This document shows, piece by piece, positions 1 to 11,334 of a stretch of 64,000 bases of DNA. Every line of letters starts with the position of its first letter. The stretch's first letter is position 1. Made by a program: the position numbers and the translations under genes. The notes beneath the pieces are model-generated. The model had not been told where the DNA came from. It ran no database searches and saw only the letters and a list, made by a program, of their open reading frames with translations. This DNA is from Ophelia neglecta (Eukaryota): assembly GCA_965285935.1 (NCBI GenBank), contig OZ260667.1:19592001-19656000 (forward strand), in the 5' to 3' direction.

Positions 1-180
1 ACCCGTATGTAATGTAAGCAGAGAGGTGGAGGTAAACAAACCCAATGGCTTACCCAAAGTTTCCCACCAATATTAATTGTTAAATAATTGTGGTTTTCAC
101 CAGTTTCATTGCATTGAAATCTTATATATCTTAAACCTCTTTTTTGCAAACTATCCTTATGAACCTTTGATCAAAGCTTT

Positions 181-361
181 TAGTGTAAATCAAGGGATTT
201 TCGTGTGCACTTATTTTATTTTTTTTCTATTTTCGAAATAATCAAGTACGCTGTTATCATTTATTCCGCTACTCGAAAATCGCGTTATAACATGCTCCAA
301 AATTTAAATTGCGGCTATTTCGCTAACATGATGTCCCGCGAGAAGCTTATGTTTTATAGGA
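181..361. mobile_element. Possible degenerate short MITE-like element
   Basis: The ends resemble a decayed inverted pair (TAGTGTAAAT..ATTTTCGTG.. / ..CGCGAGAAGC..TTTTATAGG), with internal TTTTCG/CGAAAA motifs. Confidence 0.25.
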
Positions 362-1780
362 CGTGTGTACGTGCACGAGGATATGCCGTGCGAAAACCGA
401 AGGAATAATTTTGGTCTTAAGCGGATAATCTAGATACACAATGGTTATGTGTACATGGGCCCACATGCGGAATACCCCATATAAATATATTTATATAATG
501 ATTAGCATATGAACTATCTTATCATTATATCATTATAATCATACCTCTTGGCCATCGATAATAATGCAACTTGCTACTTTGAATTGAACATTCTTCTTTT
601 GGTATTTACATAATATATATATAGGCCTATATGTTGACATTATTAACTTCCTTCACTTGGGAAACCAGTTGATGTTCCAATCTTTCGGACTTGGCAAGCA
701 TTAATAATCTTGACAGCTGTTAAACAACTAAATTGGAGTTATCGACCAGTGTCGTTTTACTATCGTTATGAATACAATAACGTGGTTAAGTTTCTGGGTA
801 TTTTGGCTATGATACTTACTTATATTTTTTGGGTGGGTGGCATGGTACCCGCTGGAGGGCTAGGGGGCGATAGGGAGTTGGGGTTTCGGGTTTTGGTTTT
901 ATGTTTTCGATCATCACAGGGGAAATGCATCAAGAAAGAAAAATGGCACTCCCTTCCTGCTTCCTGCTCATACGTGCCAGGAACTAAAATCCTCGTCTCA
1001 ACCAAACTGGTGGTCAAGCTCTTCGTTGTCAATAGGCTTTCCCCTATCGCATGAATTGTCTCCTCCTTCTCAAGAGCGTTCACCTTGAAACAGTGAACCT
1101 TGAAGGTGGTGATCTGAAGGAAGCATTCTGTTAACAGAAAGCGCAGTAAGACAGTCTACCTTCAAGGAATATCAGGTTTTTTTCCGAGGAAGTTCAGCCT
1201 AAGGAATGCATTGTATAAAGGAAGCTTGCCCTATAGTAATAGTGATTTGAGGCAAGCCCACGTGTATACTACATGTACTTAATATATTATTTTTATGTAG
1301 TCGAATTATCTTATCGCTGGCATGTGGTTTAAACGTAAATCTAAAAGTGGACAATTTTAAAAGTGTCGCCTGCCATGGATGGGGTTATGGGAAAACTGGA
1401 GGGGTGGATTTGGAGTAGGTGGTGTGGTGTGGAGTTGGGGTGGGGCTGTGCCAGGGATTTGCCAGGGGTAAAAACATATCCTCTCCCCGAGTTACAAAAA
1501 ATCTGCCTCCGTCTCCCTGTAACACAACGTACCTGTTTCCAAACAAACTGTACATTTAATGAACATTTCCAATATTTTGTTTTTGTTTAAAAACCGAATA
1601 ACAAACAAGCAGCAGTTTTACAAATTTGCACTGGGCAAATGTGTATTAATATTCCTTTACCATTTAGAGTCTTTATTTATCATGTATAATATTCAGAACC
1701 CGAGAGTGCATATCGGTTTTATATTAGCATATATTAAAATTAAAGAACTACAGAGTAATAAGGGTGTAAACGATTTAAAT

Positions 1781-2012
1781 GTCCCCTGTCTGAATGGTCC
1801 CCCATTTCAAACCACAAAAAAACGAAACCTCGGTGACGCGATAAACCAGTGCATGGCGTCCAGGGGAGGTAAAACACCGAATTTCAAGACCGGATCTCTG
1901 ATATTCTAGGATTTTTTGACCCCCCAACCTAAATATTAGTATCCCCAAACCGTGTGCCGTTGGTTTAGGTTGGGGTAGTTAAATATATTGTGGGGCCATT
2001 AAGTCAGGAGAC
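1781..2012. mobile_element. MITE-like element with ~22-bp imperfect terminal inverted repeats
   Basis: Left end GTCCCCTGTCTGAATGGTCCCC; reverse complement of right end GTCTCCTGACTTAATGGCCCCA. Internal perfect 12-bp inverted pair CCCCAACCTAAA / TTTAGGTTGGGG. Confidence 0.5.
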
Positions 2013-3277
2013 TCCCCAAACTACAGCGGTGCTAATAGTTATAGGCAGAAAACAACTTTATGTGGGCATATTTCTAATATGCAAAGGACACATACCGTTC
2101 AGCTCTACCTAATATCAATATTTGAAAATTAAAAAACATATTAGATTCTTATAAATATAAAGTAATAAAGGCTTTTTCATCCACCATATACCTGTTCAAT
2201 ACAAAATCTGGCAAGTAACGTTTTAAATTGTTTTGTGTGTTTTTCTTTGGTTCCGAATTTCCCGACAACTTGAATACCAAATTGTTGAAATCGTGTAGGT
2301 CTATGTATCCATTTCAATGCCATTCCTTAACCAGCTCTTCGCTATAAAGACAGTTCCCAAAACAGCATATTCCTACCAAAATTAGTTCTAACCTACTGAA
2401 CGATCTTTTTTTTCATGCTTATCTAAAAAAAAAACAAACATTGTTGTTCCAACACAAACATGTATCTAATTACAACAATTAACAGTGAAATTGGGCCCAG
2501 CTGATCGCCCGATCAATTCACTTAATACGAAAAAAATTCTGATAATTTTAAGCCATATATTGATATTGGTAACAAATGACTCAATAAATATTAGCACTGT
2601 TTTTTTGCATGAGACTATATAATTGAGTTGGTCACAAGGGAAAAAATACGGACTGTTTCATCTCAAGTGATATGAGGTTGGGAGGGGGGGGGGAGGTGTG
2701 AGGGGTGGGGTTTGAATGAAAATTATGTTTCTGAATTGCGAAACCGTGAATTTTAGTTTTCCATTAAACTTGTATCATAAGCATTGCGAAACAAAGAATC
2801 TAAGTAAACATGGGCTTGGATTCGTACATACTACTACACGATTTCTCTAACTTTTTAAACATTCCCGATGACGAAACCTGGCCTAAAGTGTAACAAAGAG
2901 GAAAGGGATATTCGTACAGTGCCCGATGTTAACGTTTCTCTTAGCCATGGTCATATTGACATATATTATAATAGAGCGGCACGTGATAGAAGTACAATGA
3001 CAACAGCCATAATCAATTGCGAAATTGAATTCCGCAGCAATTGGAATTTTCCATAATCGTTTCCTTGATTATGCCATACTTCTGTTTACATCAGGATAAT
3101 GATGGGTCGGAGCACACGACTCACGGAAACTAAGAGCCGTTTATAAACCGAAGCGAATGGACTACTTCGAATAGTTATTTCGAAAGTTTCAGAGCATCAC
3201 CTAGTTATAAATGGAACTGTCTCTTAAGTCATAGGACATTTTCCTCTGTATGTTGCTAACCATAGGATAGATAGAGA

Positions 3278-4216
3278 ATGTACTGCACAACAAACGTTTG
3301 CCTGGCGAGCACCCACATTGTTTCATTAATAATATCCCTGGTGAGTATTGGACTATCAATGTGGACAATTTTAACGCTGAAAGGATATGAGTGGAGGTCA
3401 TCTCACATTTCTTGTAGGCCTTGCAAAGCTCCAAACGAGGATATAAACTGTTGCTCCAGGACTAACTTTGACATCATCGCACAAGGGGTAGGCACTTAGA
3501 TTACATGTGTTTCATATAAATATCAACTTATTGCAATAACTAAATTAGCATAGAAACGCCGTTTCCTCTACCTATATGTATTCGAATGCATTTCTAAATT
3601 ACGTTTTACTTTTAATTTTTTTAGTTAAACGTTCATTTCTGCGTAGCCTTCAAAGAAAATTCTTTAAGATTGTTACTTTTTATTTTAGCGACAGTTCTCG
3701 GAAGCTGGTGCATGGGAGCATGATAGTACAGTGGCTGCTCACGTAGGACTGTCTCTCGACAACTGCAGAGTCACCATGCGCTCCAGAGACATAGATGACT
3801 TAAATACACTTGAAAGAATCCGACGTGATAAAGCGAACAAATATTTAATTGTGCCAAAAGCCGGTCTTTATTTTCTGTACAGTCACGCGACAATTTTAGA
3901 TTTTCATGATGATAAGCATGGTACTCTTCGTCATTCCGGGCATCGTCAAAGGAAAAACAAAAAGTGGGATGTACAATTATACATAATGAGATACAACAGC
4001 CTGTTGCCGAATGGAGGAGGGGAAATCTTGCTGCGCAGTTCGTCTGTGCTTCCATCCACAATAAACAGTACGCATTCCGAGAGCAGTAACTTTGTGGGTG
4101 GAGTAATTAAACTTTTCAAGGATGATCATGTTTTCTTTAACATGTCAGGAATCCAACCATCTATGAAGTTTAGTGAATCGTCCAAATCAGCCTACTTTGG
4201 CCTATTCAAAGTATAA
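3278..4216 (+). CDS. TNF superfamily ligand, copy 1 (type II membrane protein, ~245 aa, 2 coding exons)
   Basis: Exons 3278-3487 (TM IVSLIISLVSIGLSMWTIL, Cys stalk CRPC...CC, donor GTAGGC) and 3689-4216 (acceptor TATTTTAG, phase 0, in frame). THD motifs: VAAHV, LIVPKAGLYFLYSH, FVGGVIKLFKDDHVF, AYFGLFKV*. AATAAA at 4371. Confidence 0.9.
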
Positions 4217-5928
4217 TACTTGAAAAATGTTGCAACTATTCTTATACAAACTGAGGCAGAATAGGGAACTGAAAAAAATGTCTTTCATGTTGTTAAGTTT
4301 TTTCTACTTTATTTCATTTCATAATTGGTGTATTAAGATTGTATAAAGAATGTACTGTTTGTTCAAGTTTAATAAAGAGTTATTTGTAAGCTTCGTTTTG
4401 TCCTTCAAGAAGCCTTAAGCTAGAAATGGTCCTATTTGATGAGGAATAACATGGATATGTTGTTATACTATTCTTCATTTCATTGTTTTGATTAAATATT
4501 TGCTTTGTCTGCCAGGTGTCTACTCCCATGTTTATAAGGGGAAATAAGAAAAAGAGCTGTATAAGGCAAAACTAAATTACATGCTTGCCTCCACTAATCC
4601 ATACGACTGAATTTCCTTATATTTTTCAACTCGCTTTTATTTAATCATATTGTGACGAGCATGGACACTACTATGACCTATTTTGAATCCGACGATAATA
4701 GTTACAAAATAACACAGTAATGTCACTATTTTACAAGTGCAACTGCAACGTAAATAAAACCCACTGAATGCAGCTAGTAGGCTACTGTAATGAAGAATGA
4801 TCATTGTTTTTTGTTTGGCCTGGTTTGCAGGCTGTTTGCACATAGGCCAGTGACTCATATAACAACATATCATAGACTCTTTGCTAGTACATTGTTGGTT
4901 TTATTGATCAATTGAATTAACATGAAATTCGGCTTTTACTGTAAGAAATAAATTAATAAGAGCAGAACTCGGACCAACTGCCTTGATTCCTTAAGGGCCA
5001 TCGGTATAGAACCAAACGTATTGTTTTGGTTTATTTTGTTTTAAGATAATTGATGTATTGCCTCAATTTGACTTTTTGTGCCTAGGCCTGTTATACATAT
5101 GTTTCCAAAATTACAAACGGGAATAAAAACCAGGATATTTGTTCTATTGGATCAAAATCATAATATAGGTAGACGCAAAATAAATGTGTGGCCACATTAA
5201 TGAATACAAATAAACCTACTTCTTCTTAGTTCTTACGAGTAGTTTTTATAACGACGGATATTCTGTCCTGTATTTAGGGAGAGCTAACACGATCGTAAAT
5301 CAGAAAGAGAGCAGCGCCTTGTTGCATAATTATGTTTGACTGAAAGCATCTATACTACTAAATCCCTATTGCATTTTAATCAAATAGGTGTGACTCTATT
5401 GTCTCCGTTGGATTGACAAAGTTTGAAATATTCTGCAGTGCTCAGGACGTACAAGAAGTGGGATCCTTCAGATTGACACCCAAGCATGGTATGTGTAGGA
5501 CTCAGACAGGAACGCTCCATGTAGCTAGATATTCTTTTTTATCTTGAATATGATGGATAAGAAATCGATAGTAAAACTGATTTTTAGGTTTAACATACAT
5601 ATGTTGAAAAACTGGGTAACTTATAATAGTAGTACATTATTGCTACATTACTTGCTGCCATCAACTTTGATTTGCGCGTAGCGACATTTCCTCTTCTACG
5701 AAGGGAAGACTATTTTGTGATTTTAGGCTGTTTTTTGTAATGTAACAAAGTGTTGTTTTGATTAAAATTATGCTGTTCGTCGTTTTCAAAACGGTTTAAT
5801 CTAACTTTTCTTTGATATTTATTTTGGCGATCTGAAAATGTACATAATCGGCTTGTTAATGTGTTCTGGGCACATATTGGAAATACTGTTGATAATACTA
5901 CTTCCGAAACTATATAGCTAACTATATT

Positions 5929-6020
5929 TGGATTTCCCATACGGGGGTTTCTGTTTCAGGGAATCGAAAATCAAATCTTTCGGTTTTCTGACTTCTTTGT
6001 TTTAGCCCAGTATAATAAGG
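5929..6020 (+). promoter_or_regulatory. Candidate NF-kB/IRF-type immune-responsive promoter or enhancer upstream of TNF copy 2
   Basis: TGGATTTCCC (reverse complement GGGAAATCCA) at 5929, GGGGGTTTCT at 5943, ISRE-like TTTCTGTTTC at 5948 and TTTCGGTTTT at 5978, TATAATAA at 6011. Motif match only. Confidence 0.4.
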
Positions 6021-7738
6021 GATGATGTCACAAACTCTGGCAACCTCCTCCAGTCAGCGGATTTGTTCATGTGTGAATTTGTATGTACGACATCACCATG
6101 AATGCCACGCCCAATCAAATTATAAAATTGAACATAACTGTGTCTGGATTAATCACATCAAAATAACCTTTTATCAGAAGTTTGAGTATCCATTATATAT
6201 ATCTGTTCGGTTGTATGCTCCATTAATGAATCAAAACCGGCGACTAAAAATGGCCACTAATATTTTTTCAATTGTTGGACATATAGATAGTTATTGGTCT
6301 TTATTTCCCGTTTCAGGCACTACCCGCAGTGTACAATTAGAAAACGATTACGTCTTAGATTGTAGTAATAAAAGTGGAAATTTCTCATAATGGACTAACA
6401 TAACTTAATATAATACACGGTTTGAAATACGATAGGACGCTTTTAGCTATCCATGAATCAGGAAAGTAGGCCAATGATCATTGACAATTTCACTTAATTG
6501 ACGGCTGATGTTGAGAGTTAACATATCAAACAACAAATGATTTTCAGATTGTCGTTGATTTGCTTGTTGTATAGAAGCAACTGGCAGAATAAGCTATAAT
6601 ATAAAACAGAAGTGATTCATTTCCCAATTTATACAATCTAGTAGGAATAGCAGTACTAAGTAAAAGCCTCAACTAATGCTTAGATATAGCATGAGAAATG
6701 AATGTCTCATGCTATTCAATTATTAGATAGTGTTGTATTGTGATATTGTGACACTGAGGTAATTAGTTATCTAAAGATAGTGCTGATTCAGTGTGGTGAC
6801 TAGTATAACATGCTACTTTAGGATATCATTACAGCTTCCCTTGTACTTTCCCGGATAACAATACGAAACCTACGGTATTTTTGAAATACATGCATATTGT
6901 ATGCTGGACCCTTTCCAACTACGCTCTTTATAGGCCAACGGCAGGTGCTGATAAAGAAGCGAAAATACACCACAATCAATACATTATGTGGATATAAACT
7001 ATGTATAGATCAATCTGTGACATCAAATTCCAACAATCAGTCTCTGTCAAGATGTTTGGTTAGTATGAAACCAGCCACCTTGTGAATCATGATAATACAT
7101 TTGATCGCAAACCATTAAATGATCAAAATCAAACATGGACAAATACACATTCCTTACAATGAGTTGTTCATGATTTTAGTCGAAGTACAAAAGAAAGCAA
7201 GCCTGTGGTCAAATTAGCATGATAGACCTTTCTGAGTCAGAAGGTCTTTTTTAGTCAGTATAATATGTGTAATCTCTATACTCGAGATGAGGGTAAATCA
7301 GTATTTTGTTTGGATACCAAATAACCCTTTTTTGTCATGTGATCTATATTTAAACAGGCGACAAAATGTGCACAATGAGTCAGTCCTCACTGAGATGGTG
7401 TTTGGTGAAACACCATGCTTGTAAATATATGTATATCGGCAAACTGGCTCAACAAGAGATTTGATTTTCGGAATCCCCTATGAACGAACGTCTACATTTC
7501 GGAATAAAGCAAAATTTGGTCTTAGGTGTTGACGATGTTATCGTGGTTATTCACATGTGTGCACCACAGTGGTTTAACCATATAATATACGTCATACGTT
7601 GTGCTTCCCAAGCTGCATTGCACGCTCAGTTGTTTAGCATTCGTAGGGCTTACATGTACATGTAGTAGGAATCTTACATCCATGTTTGAGTACCTTAAAT
7701 CTCTCATTTTAAAAACCAGACAGTATACCGCACCTCAG

Positions 7739-9536
7739 ATGGCTGCAAGGAAGTCATTACTGGGCAGTAGAGACGCCAAGGGTTCTACGGCTTCAGACCA
7801 ATCTGACCACGATAACACGAGCAGACATGTAGTATGGAGTACGAGAACCGTTACCCTATTGACAGTGTCGCTTGGCGTGGTCTTCGCGGTTTCTACGGTC
7901 AGTTTATCGTTGTCTGTATTTAATTGTTTTCGAGGATCCTCATTAGGCCTGTATGATTACTGTGTGCCATTGGATGTTGTAACTCTTGGGCCACCTGGAT
8001 TTGAAAATCTCGCTGACAAACTTCCGAAAATAACGACGAAAACTGGCCAGGTACAATGTTGTGCCCAAGATCAACAACAACTTAACACGCTGCACCAATT
8101 GGTAAGTTTAAAGTATCTTTACCCGAAAAATTCCTTTCATTCAATAAGATACGTGAGTGTGACCTACTGAATATTGCCTGAAATTTCTTTTCAAAACATA
8201 AAAAAGTATAAGTTTGTCAATGTTAGCTATTTGTTAATAGTACCAAAACATCACCATTACTCGATGCACCTATACGAGTACTTTCACTTTACACTTTGCT
8301 TTATTTACTTGACCTCAGAACGGATTTGTCATACCAGTTTTAAGGTGCAGATTATCCAGTTATCAAATATCAAAGTTCGCTCTCCGTCTGAATTTCCGCT
8401 TGAAAACATTATGTCGTATTGTGTATCGATGTCTGTCTCTGATCGGGCAAACACTCGGTCAAAACCAAGATACAATAAATCGTGTTTGTATTTTCAGTTA
8501 GTGGAAGCTGCTATTCTTCGGCAAAAGTCAAAACGTAAGGTTCATAACTCAATATATTGCGGTGTTTGATAAGGCAAATTACGACAGAATAGGCCCAATC
8601 AATTTCAGAACAAGCTTAGTTTAATAAGTTACATTTTAACGTTATCGTAGTGTTTATTTAAACCTAGTCCCTACTACTTGGCACAGCACCACTTCATCAT
8701 TTTGAAACATCGTATTTTTATATATTCCGAAATGATTGGTAATTATTAGTTAATAAAGCAAGGCACATTTAAAGTATTCCTTGTATCGTTACTATTATTT
8801 TTAGTATGATATCCCGTTATTTTATACAGATGGCTGCGTTATTGGCGGGAATATGACAGACTCGCCAGGAAACTGTACAGACTGGCAGACTGCAAACAGA
8901 ACAACTGCTGCCCATGTCGTTTTAAACAAAACTTCCGGTAATGTTTTAAATGCAGTAGCAGGTATAAGAATAAGAAATCTCGGCCTGTATTGATTTATCA
9001 ATAAAGCTTAACTTCAATCAATAGTCTTTGCAATAAGAAAAAGGTGCACATAATCAACGATCATCTATATTGGTTATTCGGTTATCGATTCAGGGCCAAC
9101 ACCCCCAAAGCACCTAATCTCGCCAATCGTTGGATGGAGCAGCAGATATCCCGGCTTTCAAGAAAATGTTGGATTAAAAGACAATCGACTGGTAATTCAA
9201 GCTGCTGGACTGTATTATATATACAGCCAGGCGACAGCTGTCGAATACCGTGACGTCAGGTCCTCTCCGGGGGCGCAAGGGCGAGACTCCAATTCCGGTT
9301 TTGTTCACTATATCAATCGTTGGAACATCATCTACCCCACAGAGGAAACACTGTTTAAGCACAGCGAGTCGAAATCCACGGATGAAACAAGATCATTTAT
9401 GGAGTATGTGAGTTATGTAGGAGGGGTGGTCTCCCTGCGAGCCGGGGATGAGCTCTATGTCATGGTGTCTGATGGTCATTTGATACAGTCAGAACAAGTC
9501 TCAACTTTCTTCGGACTTTATCGTCTGCCGAAATGA
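7739..9536 (+). CDS. TNF superfamily ligand, copy 2 (~316 aa, 4 coding exons; THD exon absent from the ORF track)
   Basis: Exons 7739-8101 (TM VTLLTVSLGVVFAVSTVSLSLSV, stalk C..CC, donor GTAAGT), 8498-8534 (LVEAAILRQKSK), 8830-8937 (..TTAAHVVL..) and 9094-9536 (IVGWSS..LVIQAAGLYYIYSQ..HYINRWNIIYP..YVGGVVSLRAGDELYV..TFFGLYRLPK*). Intron phases 0/1/1 are all consistent. An alternative in-frame ATG lies at 7682. Confidence 0.9.
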
Positions 9537-10307
9537 TAACGATACCAAGGATGCCAGATCTACACATTAAGAAACATTCAACTTTAATTTCACACAGAAA
9601 AACCCACACATATATAATATATATATTAACTCGAAAACTTTTGCCTGGTGTTGTCAATTTGAAAAATCTTAGAAATTTATATATAACCCAATTCTGTTAT
9701 TTCCTTGTTCAGCAAACTGGTTTTACACAAGACTGCATTTAAGCAAAGAATAGATAGATTATTATTAAATAAGACGAACTATCTGTGTTTTATGTCAAAT
9801 CGATAAAAATGAGAAGTACGTGCCAGGCCAATTATGTTTTTTCCTTCCTAGTTGTCACATTAACTGTTTTTAAACTAATATTTATTGATCGATTTGTTTG
9901 GATGAAAGAAACCTGAAAAGGACTTGTCGAATCCATTTTTATAGTTTCAACATGGTTGGTTGGATTATTTTAGTATTTTCCAAACCGGGAAGTGAGTTTC
10001 GGATTCCAGAAAACATCTTTAGTCAACCATGATGACAAATGATCATCGAGTTTGAAGGGCTGTTTTAAAAAATGCATTAACCTGGAGTAGATTCTTTTGA
10101 CATCGGGGATCAATATGTATATTTGAGCTGGACCCAGTGGAGTTATAAACAACCTTTTCTCTCCAGGCACTTGGGTGACAAGATTTTTGACAAGACGAGT
10201 TTTATTTTATGTTGGAGCAATGCCAAATATAGTTTGAACAATTAAATAAAGAGGACTTCCTAGTTTAATTCATACGGTGATGGGTCGTCTGAGGAAAGAC
10301 CACCATA

Positions 10308-11334
10308 ATGATACAGGCCAAAGGCTGTCCGTATGAAGACAGAAAGACGAAGACAATCTACTTCACTTTGATATTATTGTCGCTCTCTGTATCTTCTTTA
10401 AGTCTGATTCTATCTATTCGAACCTTTCTGCACCAGACTGAGGATAATCCAGCAAAAGGAAAACATAGTTTTGTAAGCTGAATAATTTTTGAATATATCA
10501 TTGCCTTGTTGACAATTATATAGTTCTCTCTCATTTGAATCATAATGATGCAACATAATTGTCTGATATTATCAGTATAGTGATGTGGTTTTAAATTCAA
10601 TTTCAAAGCTTGACCCTCAAACAGCAAACGATGATACGAAAGGCAGTACTTATGCAGGTGAGCATTTGTTTACAAAGACACAAAAGGAATTAATTTATGG
10701 GCGATCTATATAAATAAATATATTGCATATAATGCGACAATGTAATCACTTCCGTCAATCTATTGTCAATTACCATAGAATCATTTTATCCTGTATATGA
10801 TTGGTAGACGACCGTGCAAGACAAGATGGCACGCCATGGTCTGGTAAGGCTCGTCCAGCAGCTCATTTTTCCCTACGGGCCTTGAGGGCTGAGAGCAACC
10901 AGGGCAGCCGACAGTCGACCAGAAACTTACTCGATATTCAAGGCGCCGATTTTGGGGTGTCCGCGGAAGCAGACCTCCACCTAAACAAAAAGGCTATAGA
11001 AATAAAACAGCCTGGTCGCTATTTTGTGTATTGCCAGGTCAGTTTCCTTCAATATCACAGCCAACGGTCCCCTGGCCTTGATAAAAAGCAGTCCTTTGCA
11101 CATTATGTGTACAGATATAATCCCATGGGACTGTACCCTAATGATGGAACAGAGTTATTGCTAAGGGGCGCCATAAGAGACAGTGCAATAGGCAAGTCAT
11201 ATGGCGAGCATACCAGCTTTACTGGAACACTTATTTATTTGCACCGGAAAGATGAACTATTTGTGAATGTCTCTGACATCACTTCCGTAAGTCATCAGCA
11301 GGGTGGTTCATACGTTGGACTATTTAAAATATGA
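10308..11334 (+). CDS. TNF superfamily ligand, copy 3 (~246 aa, 3 coding exons)
   Basis: Exons 10308-10472 (MIQAKGCPYEDRKTKTIYFTLILLSLSVSSLSLILSIRT.., TM, not in the ORF track, donor GTAAGC), 10609-10657 (LDPQTANDDTKGSTYA, donor GTGAGC; this acceptor is less certain) and 10808-11334 (PAAHF..IKQPGRYFVYCQVSF..HYVYRYNP..LHRKDELFVNVS..SYVGLFKI*). Confidence 0.88.

Noticed and set aside
8498-11334. One TM/stalk (copy 2) alternatively spliced to two different THD exons, since the phase-1 donor at 8534 is compatible with the acceptor at 10808
   Set aside because: A dedicated TM exon (10308-10472) and linker exon (10609-10657) exist for copy 3, so two separate genes is the simpler model. Read-through chimeras remain possible but are unsupported.
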